Shown: positions 47,644 through 57,814, counted from the stretch's first letter. The stretch is DNA of 57,900 nucleotides from Acidobacteriota bacterium (GCA_040005235.1 JBDTZG010000032.1:1-57900), one strand, 5' to 3'. Notes: generated by a model from the letters alone, not told the origin. Numbers and translations: made by a program.

Positions 47644-48884
47644 CGGAAACGACGCCAGACATCGACCAAGCCAACCGCACCGCCGTCGAGCGGATGACCG
47701 CCGCGCGGCCGCGACTGGTGGGGGTGGCGTCCGCCCGCGAGGCGATCGTCGATTTTCCTGATCATCTGTTGCTCCACGCCGGACCGCCGATCGAGTGGCC
47801 GCGCATGTCGGGGCCGCTGCGCGGCGCGGTGATCGGCGCGCTTCTCTACGAAGGAAGGGCCCAGACGGAGGCGGAGGCGGTGGCGCTGGTCGAGAGCGGC
47901 GAAGTGGCGTTCGAGCCCTGCCATCATCGCGGCGCGGTCGGTCCCATGGCCGGGGTGATCTCCCCCTCCATGCAGGTCTACGTGCTGGAGGACGAGACCT
48001 CCGGCCGCCGCACGTTCTCGAACCTCAACGAGGGATACGGCAAAGTGCTGCGCTACGGCGCATTTTCCCCAGAGGTGCTCGCCAAGCTCCGGTGGATGAA
48101 CGAGACGATGGCGCCCGCACTTTCCGCGGCGATCAAGGCGGCGGGGGGACTCGACCTCCGCGCGTTGATCGCCGAAGCGCTCCACATGGGAGATGAAGGG
48201 CACAACCGCAACAAGGCTGGGTCGCTCCTGTTCTTGAAGGCGCTCGCGCCCCACCTGGTGGGAAGCCCCGATGCGCGCGAGATCCTCGATTTCATGGGCG
48301 CGAACCCGCTCTCGGTGCTCAACCCCGTGATGGCGGCCTGCAAGTCGATGGCGGACGCGGCGCACGGGGTGGAAGGGAGCACGATCGTCTCGACCATGGC
48401 GCGCAACGGAACCGAATTCGGAATCCGCGTCTCGGGGTTGGGCGACCGCTGGTTTACCGCCCCGGCCGCGGTGCCCGATGGACTCTACTTTCCCGGCTTT
48501 TCGAACGCCGACGCGAACCCCGACATCGGCGACTCGACGATCACCGAAACGGCGGGAATCGGCGCTTTCGCGATGGCCGCAGCCCCGGCGATCGTCACCT
48601 TCATCGGCGGCCGGCCGGAAGACGCTCGAGACGCGACGCTCGAAATGTACGAGATCACGGCGGCCGAGCATCCCCACTGGACCATTCCCGCGCTCGGCTT
48701 CCGCGGCACCCCGGTGGGCATCGATCTCAGAAAAGTCGTGGAGCTGCAAATCCCGCCGCGCGTCAACACCGGCATCGCCCACAAGGAAGCGGGAGTGGGC
48801 CAGGTGGGCGCCGGTCTAGTCCGCCCGCCGCTCGCGCTGTTCGAAGAGGCGCTGGTGGCTTTTGCCGAGCGGTACGACATCTGA
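47640..48884 (+). CDS. DUF1116 (YlbE/YahG-like) protein
   Basis: 'LHAGPP', 'GDEGHNRN', 'MARNG', 'DIGDSTITET', 'NTGIAH'; overlaps the fdrA stop. Confidence 0.9.
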   Translation: MTETTPDIDQANRTAVERMTAARPRLVGVASAREAIVDFPDHLLLHAGPPIEWPRMSGPLRGAVIGALLYEGRAQTEAEAVALVESGEVAFEPCHHRGAVGPMAGVISPSMQVYVLEDETSGRRTFSNLNEGYGKVLRYGAFSPEVLAKLRWMNETMAPALSAAIKAAGGLDLRALIAEALHMGDEGHNRNKAGSLLFLKALAPHLVGSPDAREILDFMGANPLSVLNPVMAACKSMADAAHGVEGSTIVSTMARNGTEFGIRVSGLGDRWFTAPAAVPDGLYFPGFSNADANPDIGDSTITETAGIGAFAMAAAPAIVTFIGGRPEDARDATLEMYEITAAEHPHWTIPALGFRGTPVGIDLRKVVELQIPPRVNTGIAHKEAGVGQVGAGLVRPPLALFEEALVAFAERYDI

Positions 48885-48915
48885 AGCCAGGCATCGTAAC
48901 ATTGGAGGAGCAACC

Positions 48916-49740
48916 ATGTACGTCCCGTACGACATGAGCAAGGTGAAGGTCCTCGACCTGTCGCAGAACTTCAGCGTCGATTCCCCGTCGTTCGCTTTTT
49001 ACGAGGGGCCGACGGTCAAGTGGGTGAAGCGGATGGCGTTCGAAGGGGTGAACGCGCAGTTCATCTCCACCACCAATCACATCGCGACCCATCTCGATTC
49101 GCCGTACCACTTCTACGATCCGGGTCCGGACATCTCGGGTATCTCGCTCGACACACTGGTAGGGCCGGCGTGCATCGTCGACATTTCGCAGTTCGGGATC
49201 GGCGACTATCAGATCTACGGACCCGAGCACTTCGAGGAGTGGGAAAAGAAGACCGGCATCCGCATCGAGCGGGGCGACATTCTGATCATCCATACGGGAT
49301 ACCATCACTACTACAACGAGGATTGGTACAAGGTCCACAACCAGGAAAAGCCGGACCTGCCGAAGATGTTTTTGAAGCACCCGGGGCCGCAGGCGCGCTT
49401 CTGCCAGTGGATCTTGGACCGCGGCATTCGCTGGCTGGGGGTCGATTGCATCGCCGCGGATCATCCCTGGAACACCAACGTCCGCAAGGCCCGTCCGGAT
49501 CTGATCCCGGAAGTCGAAGCCGCTCTCGGCATGACGCTCGAAGAGGCGTTCCCCTGGCCCGCCGACTACCAGTGCATGCACGTCAAGCTCTTCCCCCACG
49601 GCGTCTTCCACGCCGAAAACGTCGGCGGCCAGATCGACGAAGTGCTCGACCAGCGCGTCTGGCTCGGCTGCTTCCCGTTCCGCTTCAAAGGGGGAGAAGC
49701 GGCGTTCGCTCGGATTGTGGCGTTTGTCGAAGAGAAGTAG
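48916..49740 (+). CDS. cyclase family (kynurenine formamidase-like) metal hydrolase
   Basis: 'HIATHLDSPYHF', 'IIHTG', 'GVD', 'HAEN'; GGAGG RBS. Confidence 0.88.
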   Translation: MYVPYDMSKVKVLDLSQNFSVDSPSFAFYEGPTVKWVKRMAFEGVNAQFISTTNHIATHLDSPYHFYDPGPDISGISLDTLVGPACIVDISQFGIGDYQIYGPEHFEEWEKKTGIRIERGDILIIHTGYHHYYNEDWYKVHNQEKPDLPKMFLKHPGPQARFCQWILDRGIRWLGVDCIAADHPWNTNVRKARPDLIPEVEAALGMTLEEAFPWPADYQCMHVKLFPHGVFHAENVGGQIDEVLDQRVWLGCFPFRFKGGEAAFARIVAFVEEK

Positions 49741-49747
49741 GTTGCTG

Positions 49748-50599
49748 ATGCCCGAGACCGCCGTCCCCACTCCGTTCACCCTTCAAGGCCCCCACTGTCC
49801 CCTCCACGGCCTAATCGATTTCCCCGCCGAGCCGGGCCTCCGGCCTACCGTGGTGATCTGCCACGGGTTCAAGGGCTTCATGGAGTGGGCGTTCTTTCCG
49901 TATCTGGCTCATCTGCTCGCCGAACGAGGCTTCGTCGTCGTGCGGTTCAATCTTTCAGGGAGCGGCCAGCAGCCGGGCGAGGATCGGGTGAGCGATCTCG
50001 ACGCGTTTCGCTCAAACACGCACAGTCGGGAGTTGGCCGATCTGCTGGCAGTGGTCTTCGCGGTGGGCGAGGAGGTTGCGCCCGGGCGGGCCGACCGGAA
50101 CCGGATCTCGCTCGTCGGCCATAGCCGCGGGGGAGGTAACGCGATTCTCGCTTCGGCGCGGCCGGAGTTGGCAGGACGTGTCAAGGCGCTCGTCACCTGG
50201 GCGGCGGTGGCGACCTTCGATCGGTTCTCCGAAGAACAAAAGGAAATGTGGCGCGCTCTCGGCGAGTATCCGGTCCAAAACACGCGCACCAAGCAGGAGC
50301 TCGCTCTCGGGCTGGGGCTGCTCGAAGACCTGGAGGCGAACCGCGAGGCGCTCGACATCGAACGAGCCGCCGCGTCGCGAGCCTGCCCCTGGTTGATCGT
50401 CCACGGCGACCGCGACGACTCGGTCGGTATTGCGGATGCGGAGAAACTGGCGGCTGTTGCGGCCCAGCCGTTTGAGCTGCAGCGGATCGAAGGGGGCGAT
50501 CACGGCTTCGGGGCAAAGCACCCGTTCCGGGGGCCGACGCCGCAGCTGATTCAGGCGTTGAACGCGACGCAGCGTTGGCTGGTGCGGTTTGGGATGTAG
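49748..50599 (+). CDS. alpha/beta hydrolase
   Basis: 'HGFKGF', nucleophile elbow 'GHSRGG', 'HGDRD', 'GDHGF'. Confidence 0.88.
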   Translation: MPETAVPTPFTLQGPHCPLHGLIDFPAEPGLRPTVVICHGFKGFMEWAFFPYLAHLLAERGFVVVRFNLSGSGQQPGEDRVSDLDAFRSNTHSRELADLLAVVFAVGEEVAPGRADRNRISLVGHSRGGGNAILASARPELAGRVKALVTWAAVATFDRFSEEQKEMWRALGEYPVQNTRTKQELALGLGLLEDLEANREALDIERAAASRACPWLIVHGDRDDSVGIADAEKLAAVAAQPFELQRIEGGDHGFGAKHPFRGPTPQLIQALNATQRWLVRFGM

Positions 50600-50615
50600 A
50601 GCCGGAAGATCGGGA

Positions 50616-51308
50616 CTACGCGAAAACGGTCGTCGCGGCGATCTCGAAAACCAGCGGGCCCGAGAGATCCGGCACCACCCGATCCGCACCCGCCGCGTGC
50701 AGCTCCTTTGCGGGAGTCCTGCCGGTCGCGACCGCCAGGCAGGGGATGCCGTGGGCCCGGGCGCAGGCCACGTCGTGGATGCTGTCTCCCACCACCAGGG
50801 TGTCCGCCGCGGCGAAGCGCCGGCCGAGGTGGCTCTCCGCCCGGTCGAGCGCGAACGGCGGTAAGTCGCACCGATCGATCGCGTCGCAACCGAAGGCTCC
50901 GAACGGGAAGAACCGGTTGAGATCGAACGGCGCGAGCTTGGTGCGGGCGCAGGGCTCCCAGTTGCCGGTGAGCAGGGCGAGCTCGACTTGGGGGTCGGCG
51001 GCCAGCTCTTCGAGCCGTTCGACCACTCCCGGTAAAAGCGTCATCCGGCTGGGATCAAGCCGCGCTGCGAGGCGCTCGCGGTAGATCTCCCGGATGTCCG
51101 GGATGCACGCGATCGCTTCGTCCCGGGCGACGCCGCCCGAGGTGGCCAGCTCGACCACGATCGTCGGATCGGTTTTTCCGGCGAAGTCGTAGGCATCGAG
51201 ATCCCCCGCCGTACCGAACACGTCGAGCAGGGCGGAGGCGAAGATCGGCCGCACCTGCGGTCCGCAGGAGAGCAGAGTGCCGTCGATGTCGAACAGGATC
51301 AGGCGCAT
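50616..51308 (-). CDS. HAD-family hydrolase
   Basis: 'FDIDGTL', 'LLTGN', 'VGDSIHDV'. Confidence 0.9.
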   Translation of the reverse strand: MRLILFDIDGTLLSCGPQVRPIFASALLDVFGTAGDLDAYDFAGKTDPTIVVELATSGGVARDEAIACIPDIREIYRERLAARLDPSRMTLLPGVVERLEELAADPQVELALLTGNWEPCARTKLAPFDLNRFFPFGAFGCDAIDRCDLPPFALDRAESHLGRRFAAADTLVVGDSIHDVACARAHGIPCLAVATGRTPAKELHAAGADRVVPDLSGPLVFEIAATTVFA

Positions 51309-51332
51309 GCTTGAGTGGAGATCGAGGGCAGT

Positions 51333-52118
51333 CTACCGCCAGCGGGGCGGTTTCTTCGTTTCGAGGAACGTCGCGACGCCGTGGCGGCAATCTTCGGTGC
51401 CGCGCGCTTGGGCGTTCGCTTCGGCGGCGCGGGAGAGCGCCTCATCGAGCGGCCGGCCGAGGGCGTCGAGCAATAGGCGCTTGGTCCGCGCGATCGATTC
51501 CGAGCTGGCGTTCCTGAGGATCGCTCCCGCCAGATCGTCTCCGGTCTGGGCCAGGTCGGTCGCCGGAACCACCCGGTTCGCAAGGCCGATTTCGAGCGCC
51601 CGGGCGGCGCCGAGCGGCTGCGGGAAGAGCAGCAGCTCGCGCAGGTCCGCGCCTTTCACCCGGAGCGGCAGGTAGGTCGCGACGAGCGCCGCGACGAAGC
51701 CGATCCGTACCTCGCTGTAGAGAAACATCGCGTCGTCCGCCGCCACCACGAAATCGCAGGCCGTGGCGAGACCGCAGCCCCCCGCGACGCAACTGCCGTG
51801 GACCAGGGCGAGGGTGAGCGCCTCTTGCCGGAGGATTGCTGCGAACAGGGCGCGTAGCTTTTCGGACTCCGCCCGGTTCTGTTCGATGTCGGCGTCGGCC
51901 AGCGAGCGCAGATGATCGAGATCGGCGCCGGCCGAGAAGTGCTTGCCGGCCCCGGAAAGGATCACCGCGCGCACCCCTTCGGCGCGCAGGTCGCGGCGGT
52001 AGAGGTCGGTCAGATCCCCGACGAGTGCGGGGGAGAGCGCATTGGCGCGCGCCGGATCGTTCAGCCGGACGCGCAGCAGATCGCCGTCGCGTTGGACCTC
52101 GAGCAGGGGAGAGGTCAT
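51333..52118 (-). CDS. enoyl-CoA hydratase/isomerase (methylglutaconyl-CoA hydratase-like)
   Basis: 'FSAGADL', 'GGCGLATACD', 'SEVRIG'. Confidence 0.9.
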   Translation of the reverse strand: MTSPLLEVQRDGDLLRVRLNDPARANALSPALVGDLTDLYRRDLRAEGVRAVILSGAGKHFSAGADLDHLRSLADADIEQNRAESEKLRALFAAILRQEALTLALVHGSCVAGGCGLATACDFVVAADDAMFLYSEVRIGFVAALVATYLPLRVKGADLRELLLFPQPLGAARALEIGLANRVVPATDLAQTGDDLAGAILRNASSESIARTKRLLLDALGRPLDEALSRAAEANAQARGTEDCRHGVATFLETKKPPRWR

Positions 52119-52125
52119 GCGGGGT

Positions 52126-52467
52126 TTACGCTCTAGACGGCGGGACAAGATCGCCGGGGACTTCGATCTCCATCATCAGCATCCCTTGGGCGTGGGTCTT
52201 GCCTTGGGCGTCGGTCTTCAAGCTCTCCGTTCCGCCACCGCCCAAGGCATCGTGGAGGATGAAGTTGAGCGCGTTTAAGTTCGGCAATTCGTAGCGATCG
52301 ACCGGTCCGCGGCAGATTTGGGCGAAGTGGGCCTTCACCCGCTCCCCCGTCACTTCGCGGCGGATCACCTCGTAGAGCGCAGCCGAGGCGGCGATCAGAC
52401 CGACGTTGCTCGCGTCTCCCTTGTCGCCCGACCGGGCATGGGCGATGTCGCGCAGACGAACTCTCAT
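52126..52467 (-). CDS. small AtuA-associated protein (AtuA C-terminal-like)
   Basis: 'AHARSGDKGD', 'ALGGGG', 'DAQGK'. Confidence 0.85.
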   Translation of the reverse strand: MRVRLRDIAHARSGDKGDASNVGLIAASAALYEVIRREVTGERVKAHFAQICRGPVDRYELPNLNALNFILHDALGGGGTESLKTDAQGKTHAQGMLMMEIEVPGDLVPPSRA

Positions 52468-53834
52468 GCCTCCTCCACGTCGACCTGGATGCGGCTTTCG
52501 ATCTCTTCCCGCGCCAGAAGCGCCGGCCAGTAGGCGACGACCTCCTGCGGCTTGGGCCGGCCTCCGGCAAATCCCGTCACGCCCGGCGGCCCGGCGGTGA
52601 TCAGCGGCGCAATCTCCTGACCGAAGCGCTCCACCTTCGCGCGGTCCGCGCCGCGGACGCCGAGACGGAGCACCACTTCGGCCGGATCTTCCGGCGTGGC
52701 CAGAATGCCGGGCAGGCAGGCGGCTAGGCCGAGCATTTCGGTCGAGCGATCATCGTCGGGGAAGGTCACCCCCGCGCGCTCCAGCCGCTTCCAGACCACC
52801 TCGGCGGCGAGCTTCGCCTTCTCGATCGCGCGCGGGCCGGAGAGGGTGATCTGGCCGCTGCTCTTCCACCCGGCGAGGTAGGAGGCCGAAACTTTAAGGA
52901 AAGGCGTCCGCGGCCGGCCACCAATGCCGGAGACCCGGACCCGGTCTTTCCCCTGCTGTTCCAGGCGGATCGAGGTGAAATCGGCGACCACGTCGGGCGT
53001 GATGTATTCCTGCGGATTGCCCATTTCGTAGAGCAGCTGCTCGGCGACCGTTTCGGTGGTCACCATGCCCCCCGTGTGGGGGTGCTTGGTGACGACGAAC
53101 GTGCCGTCGGAGGACGCCTCGGCGATCGGATAGCCGACGTTCCAGAGGTCCGGGACCTCCCAGAAGCGGCTGAAATTGCCGCCCGTGCACTGGGCGCCGC
53201 ATTCGAGGATGTGGCCGGCGATCGTCCCCGCGGCCAGGCGGTCCCAATCGTCTTGCCCCCAACCGAATTCGTGGATCAACGGCCCGAGGGCCAATGCCGT
53301 GTCGGTAACCCGTCCGCACAGGACGATCAACGCTCCCTGGTCGAGCGCCTGGGCGACCGGCCGGGCGCCCAGGTAGGCGTTCGCGCTGGTCAGGCGATCG
53401 GTCACGTTGGAGATCGGCTCGCCCGTGTCCATGTTCGCCATTTTGTGGCCCGCTTCGACGAGCGAGGGAAGCCGGGCGAACACGTCGTCCCCTTCGACCA
53501 CACCGACCCGGACGCCGGAAACGCCCAGCTCGCGGGCGATCTCGAAGATCTTTTCGCGGCAGCCGCGGGGGTTCAAACCGCCCGCGTTGGTGATGATCCG
53601 AACGTTCTTCTCTTTGAGCTCTGGGAGCACCCTGCGGACGAAGGCCGGAAAGTCGCTCGCGTAACCGAGCCGCGGGTCTTTGAGGCGCTGTCGCATCATG
53701 ATCGACAGGGTGACCTCGGCGAGGTAGTCCAAGCCGATGTAGTCGATCGGTCCGCCACGCAACAGCTCCACCGGGGCGTCGATACTGTCGCCCCAGAAGC
53801 CCTGGCCGTTGCCGATGCGGATCGTCTTATTCAT
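52464..53834 (-). CDS. acyclic terpene utilization AtuA family (DUF1446)
   Basis: 'GFWGD', 'DYLAEVT', 'GRVTD', 'GHILECG', 'EQLLYE', 'YITPDV'. Confidence 0.9.
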   Translation of the reverse strand: MNKTIRIGNGQGFWGDSIDAPVELLRGGPIDYIGLDYLAEVTLSIMMRQRLKDPRLGYASDFPAFVRRVLPELKEKNVRIITNAGGLNPRGCREKIFEIARELGVSGVRVGVVEGDDVFARLPSLVEAGHKMANMDTGEPISNVTDRLTSANAYLGARPVAQALDQGALIVLCGRVTDTALALGPLIHEFGWGQDDWDRLAAGTIAGHILECGAQCTGGNFSRFWEVPDLWNVGYPIAEASSDGTFVVTKHPHTGGMVTTETVAEQLLYEMGNPQEYITPDVVADFTSIRLEQQGKDRVRVSGIGGRPRTPFLKVSASYLAGWKSSGQITLSGPRAIEKAKLAAEVVWKRLERAGVTFPDDDRSTEMLGLAACLPGILATPEDPAEVVLRLGVRGADRAKVERFGQEIAPLITAGPPGVTGFAGGRPKPQEVVAYWPALLAREEIESRIQVDVEEA

Positions 53835-53884
53835 GAGGCTGGGAAGGTTAGCACGGGGGCCTCCGGGCCAACCCTGCAATCGTT

Positions 53885-54116
53885 GCGGCTATCTGGCCCT
53901 GGATCTGCGCATCGCCCGTCTATACCCGCTATCGGCGCCTGGATCGCGGCAGCGCTCTTCGAAAGCCGCTATCGCCCGCAGAGCGCGACGTTGCAGCGGC
54001 GGATAGCGGCTATCGGTCTCGGCCGGCCGCCAGCGGCCAAGGAATCCCGCGTTTTTCCTTCCGCAGCCCGCTCTCCGCGCCGGATGGCCGAATCCAACGG
54101 CCGAAAGCCGCTATCG
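53885..54116. repeat. degenerate ~20/40-bp periodic intergenic repeat
   Basis: GCTATC at 53888, 53928, 53968, 54009 and 54110; CGAAAGCCGCTATCG exact at 53960 and 54102. Confidence 0.5.
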
Positions 54117-54262
54117 ACGGTCGCGCCGCGAGCGCGGCGGGCGCCAACGCCCGGCGAAGCTCGCTGAGCGCATTCTCCGCTCGGCACTGAGTCAGCCGGA
54201 GCGCATAGCTCTAGGGAAAGGGCGGAAATGGCGGGCGCCGGAAGCCGCGGACTCTCGCGGCT

Positions 54263-56116
54263 TCAACCGGCGCGTTCGGTGGCAACCACCGCATGATCGC
54301 GGAGCTTTGCGGCGGCGGGGGAGAGCGGCGCGTGGGTGAGGATGCGCTGGATCCGATCGAGCGCTTTGACCGTCTCTCCCACCCCTTGGTACAGCACGAC
54401 TTCGCCGTAGAGATCGTCGGCCAGTTTGTTCAGCCGCTCCATCACCACCGGCACGTGAATCCCTTCCGGGTAGCGGTGCAGGTACTCGGCGCCGTTGGCG
54501 AGATCGTCGTAGACCTTCGCCTGGGCGGCCAGCCGCTCCTCGGCTTTTTTGCGCATCTCGGGCTCTTTCTCGCGATCGACCAGATCCTGGAGCGCGGCGA
54601 GCATTTCGAGGTTCGGCGCCAGGTTGCGCAGCCCCGTGTGGGCTTTGATCCCCGCCGGGCTGTCGGGTCCGGCTTCCGAAGCGCGCAGGTACTGCGCCAC
54701 GGCCTCGGTCTGGTTGCCCAGCCGGGCGTAGGCGTTGCCGAGCGAGAGCGCTACTTCGGGCACCCGCGGCGAATCGGGGTAGTTGGCGAGGAACGCCTGG
54801 AGGAACGAGGTCTCGTAGATCCCCCCTTCGAGCGTTTCGACCGCCTTGGGATAAGCGTCGTGCGACTTCGCTTCGAGATCGGTGATCTCGGCGTCGAGCT
54901 TCGCCAGCAGCGGGCTCTCCGGAGTGAGCCCCACGACCTGCTCGCGCTGCGCGCGGTAACTCTTGAGCACGGTGCCGAAATCGCGGGCGAGCAGCGGCTT
55001 GGCGAGCGTGTCGTCGCGCAGGACGTGGAGCTTTTCGAGGCGCAACGACTCGGCGACCGGCCCGGTCGGCCAGGTGGCGAGCGACGCCGCCTTGACGAAG
55101 CCCAGCTCGGGACCCTTCGGACGGTTCTTGTCGATCCAGGTCATCAGCTGGCCCTGCGTCTTCTGGCGCAGCGCGTCGGCCACGCCGCGCTCTTGGATCT
55201 TCAGCTCCGCTGCACGAACCGTCGCGTACTTCGCCCGATCCTCGGCGAACGGGTGGGTTTGCAGGTAGCCGTATTCCTTCGTCTGCGGCGCTCTGGAGTT
55301 GAGGAGCGCCCAGAATTTCTGCGCTCCCGCCGGGTCGTAGCCGGCCTGCGCCGCCAGCCGCTGCCCGTTTTCGTCCGCATCGTCCTCGTTTTCGCGGCTG
55401 TAGCTGCGCAGCAGCAGCTCGCTCACCACGAGGCTCGCGGCGGCCGCCCCCTGGAGGATGTCACCCGAGTTGTCCTGGTGGTCGAGCGGATCGTGGCCCG
55501 GGTTGGTGTACTGGCGGTTCGAGCCTGCGCCGACGATTACGCCGAGCATCAAGGCGTTGCTGAGGATGCTCATCAGCGTCGCCTTCTTCTTCATTTTGAG
55601 GTAGTGCTCGTGGGAGACGTGGGTAATCTCGTGGCCGAGGACGTTGGCTAGCATGTCGTCGTCCGGTTCGAGGTCGAGCAGGCCTCGGGTGACGAAGATC
55701 TGCCCGCCGGGTAGGGCGAATGCGTTCGGCACCGGCATATCGACCATGCCGAACGAGAACGGATAGCGGTCGAAGTCGGCCTTGGCGAGCAGTTGGAACG
55801 CGATCCGATTCACCCGTTCCAGCTCTTTGGGATTGTCGTACGCCCCGTACTCCTCGACCGCCTCCTGTGCCGCTTTGACGCTTTCGGCAAACAGATCCGC
55901 CTTGGCCTTCGCTCCTGGCTGGACCGGCGCGGAAGTGGCAACCGGGCTTCCCGATCTCTCGTCCGGCTGGGGAGGCGTCGAGGGGACCGGATCGGCCGGC
56001 GGAGTCGCCGTGCCCAGCTGCGCCAAGAGGGACGTTGGAACCGCGAGGGCCGCAACGAGAGTCCAAGCGGCCAGCCGGTAAAGGCGCGAAGACGGGCTTC
56101 GGCGGAGCGTTCTCAT
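54263..56116 (-). CDS. M48 family metalloprotease (BepA/YfgC-like) with C-terminal TPR-like region
   Basis: Signal peptide; 'NAFALPGG', 'HEITH', 'YSRENE', 'THP'. Confidence 0.9.
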   Translation of the reverse strand: MRTLRRSPSSRLYRLAAWTLVAALAVPTSLLAQLGTATPPADPVPSTPPQPDERSGSPVATSAPVQPGAKAKADLFAESVKAAQEAVEEYGAYDNPKELERVNRIAFQLLAKADFDRYPFSFGMVDMPVPNAFALPGGQIFVTRGLLDLEPDDDMLANVLGHEITHVSHEHYLKMKKKATLMSILSNALMLGVIVGAGSNRQYTNPGHDPLDHQDNSGDILQGAAAASLVVSELLLRSYSRENEDDADENGQRLAAQAGYDPAGAQKFWALLNSRAPQTKEYGYLQTHPFAEDRAKYATVRAAELKIQERGVADALRQKTQGQLMTWIDKNRPKGPELGFVKAASLATWPTGPVAESLRLEKLHVLRDDTLAKPLLARDFGTVLKSYRAQREQVVGLTPESPLLAKLDAEITDLEAKSHDAYPKAVETLEGGIYETSFLQAFLANYPDSPRVPEVALSLGNAYARLGNQTEAVAQYLRASEAGPDSPAGIKAHTGLRNLAPNLEMLAALQDLVDREKEPEMRKKAEERLAAQAKVYDDLANGAEYLHRYPEGIHVPVVMERLNKLADDLYGEVVLYQGVGETVKALDRIQRILTHAPLSPAAAKLRDHAVVATERAG

Positions 56117-56211
56117 GGTCGAAGCTTACTCCCGGGAGATGCCGCTCGCGCGGCGGACACGGAGATTTGGATGCACGGTCGGTGCCCGGGAGCGGCCCTG
56201 CGCCTTTACCG

Positions 56212-57681
56212 CTACCGCTCGCCGGGTTGCTTGACCCCTCCGAAGCGGAAAGAAAACCTGCCGATCGTCCGGACGGGCTTGCCGTCTACGACGAACGGCT
56301 GAAATTTCCACCGGAGGGCGGCTGCTTCTGCTGAGGTGTCCAGCCTCATGGAGAGCCGGGTGACCCGGGCGCAAGAGACGCTGCCGGTCTCGGAAACGAC
56401 GACTTCGACCTCGACCGTTCCTCGAAGGCGAGCCCGCTTCGCGATCTCGGTGTAGGTCGGCAAAGGCCGTTCGATCGAGTGGTCGTAGAACGAGGGGGGA
56501 GGCTCACGGACAAGCTCCGATGAAAAGGCAAGCTCCGGCTCGATCGCATCGCTTGGGCCGACGCAAACGGGAGGATTCCAGGCCGGTCCGAGAATGCCGG
56601 TCGGAAGACCGCTGCTGATCGTCAACCGCATGTGAGGAAGCAGGTCACGCCGAGGGGTGAGCAGAGTCCCGGTTTTGAGGTCGATCGCGATCTCGTGGGG
56701 GATTGTGCTTTCGTTGAGCTTGAGGATCAGCAGATCGCGACCGTCGTCGAGGGCAGCCGATAGGCGACCGGGGACGCTGCCGCAACTAGAGACGCTCCAG
56801 CTACTGCGGAGCGCTTCGAGATCGTCGGGTGTGAGGAGGTCGTCGAGGGTCAGGCGAGCGACCAGACTGCCCTCAGCGCGATAGATCAGAGTGTTTCCCT
56901 TGCGACCTCCTGCGGTTGAGTCGCGGAGGTCGAACGCGACGACGAAGAGCCCATCGTCGGTGACCAGGAATCGCTCGGGAAGCGTCTCGTCGGCGAGTCG
57001 AAAGCTCGACAGTCTTTCTTCCTCGCCGTCGGCCGAGAGCGCCAACAACGAGCCCACGGGCTGGGGGTCCGACGGTTCGAGCCTGCCGTTTGGAGCGAGC
57101 GCGGAGAGGTAGCGCTCTCGGGCCTCCGGATGGTTCGGCGGAAGCTCGAAAGCGAAGCGATTTTGGGCCGAGAGGGTTCGCACGGGATTGCAATCGCCGC
57201 CCCAATTGGCGGAGATCGCTTGGCCGAGAAGGTCGATGACCGCCCCCAAGAGGATGTTTGGGGTCTCCCGGACCGCCGCGGGGAGAACCTTGGTGAGGAC
57301 GTCTCTTTCGCTCTTCGGCTTTTCACTGAAGGAAGCAAAGTCTTGCGCCTCGGTTCCGCGCGATGAGAGGGCGATCAGGATTTCGTTGTCGGAGCCATTG
57401 AGGATTCCGATGCGGAGATCGCGTCCTTCCCGATCGATCGCGATCCGGTTCTCGCCCAACTTGCGATTCGCCGCGGACTCCAACCGGCGTTCGAAAGATT
57501 CGGCCCGTACTCGGTCCCCCGGGAAGAGGGCCCCTGCGTCGACCGCAATGCTCAGAGCCACGGACTCCGCGCATTGGATGGGCCTGGCTAAGAAGGGGAC
57601 CAGCGAGCAAGCCGCCGCGAGGCTCGGCCTGACGAGGCCAAGGAACAAGACGATGAGGGCGCTCCGTGTCGTCCGGCGCAT
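56212..57681 (-). CDS. exported multidomain protein with C-terminal TonB_C domain
   Basis: AAGGAGG RBS; signal/lipobox-like 'LAAAC'; 'PTYTEIAKRARLRGTVEVEVVV', 'WKFQP'. Confidence 0.78.
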   Translation of the reverse strand: MRRTTRSALIVLFLGLVRPSLAAACSLVPFLARPIQCAESVALSIAVDAGALFPGDRVRAESFERRLESAANRKLGENRIAIDREGRDLRIGILNGSDNEILIALSSRGTEAQDFASFSEKPKSERDVLTKVLPAAVRETPNILLGAVIDLLGQAISANWGGDCNPVRTLSAQNRFAFELPPNHPEARERYLSALAPNGRLEPSDPQPVGSLLALSADGEEERLSSFRLADETLPERFLVTDDGLFVVAFDLRDSTAGGRKGNTLIYRAEGSLVARLTLDDLLTPDDLEALRSSWSVSSCGSVPGRLSAALDDGRDLLILKLNESTIPHEIAIDLKTGTLLTPRRDLLPHMRLTISSGLPTGILGPAWNPPVCVGPSDAIEPELAFSSELVREPPPSFYDHSIERPLPTYTEIAKRARLRGTVEVEVVVSETGSVSCARVTRLSMRLDTSAEAAALRWKFQPFVVDGKPVRTIGRFSFRFGGVKQPGER

Positions 57682-57814
57682 GAGATCCGACCTCCTTAGA
57701 GACTGCGAGAGATCGATTGCAAGTCTCGGGCCGCGACGGACGGCTACGCCTCAAGGGCGGTTCCGTCCGCTCCGGAGGGCGGACCTGTCCTCGTTCGTTC
57801 GGCGGCAGTCCGGC

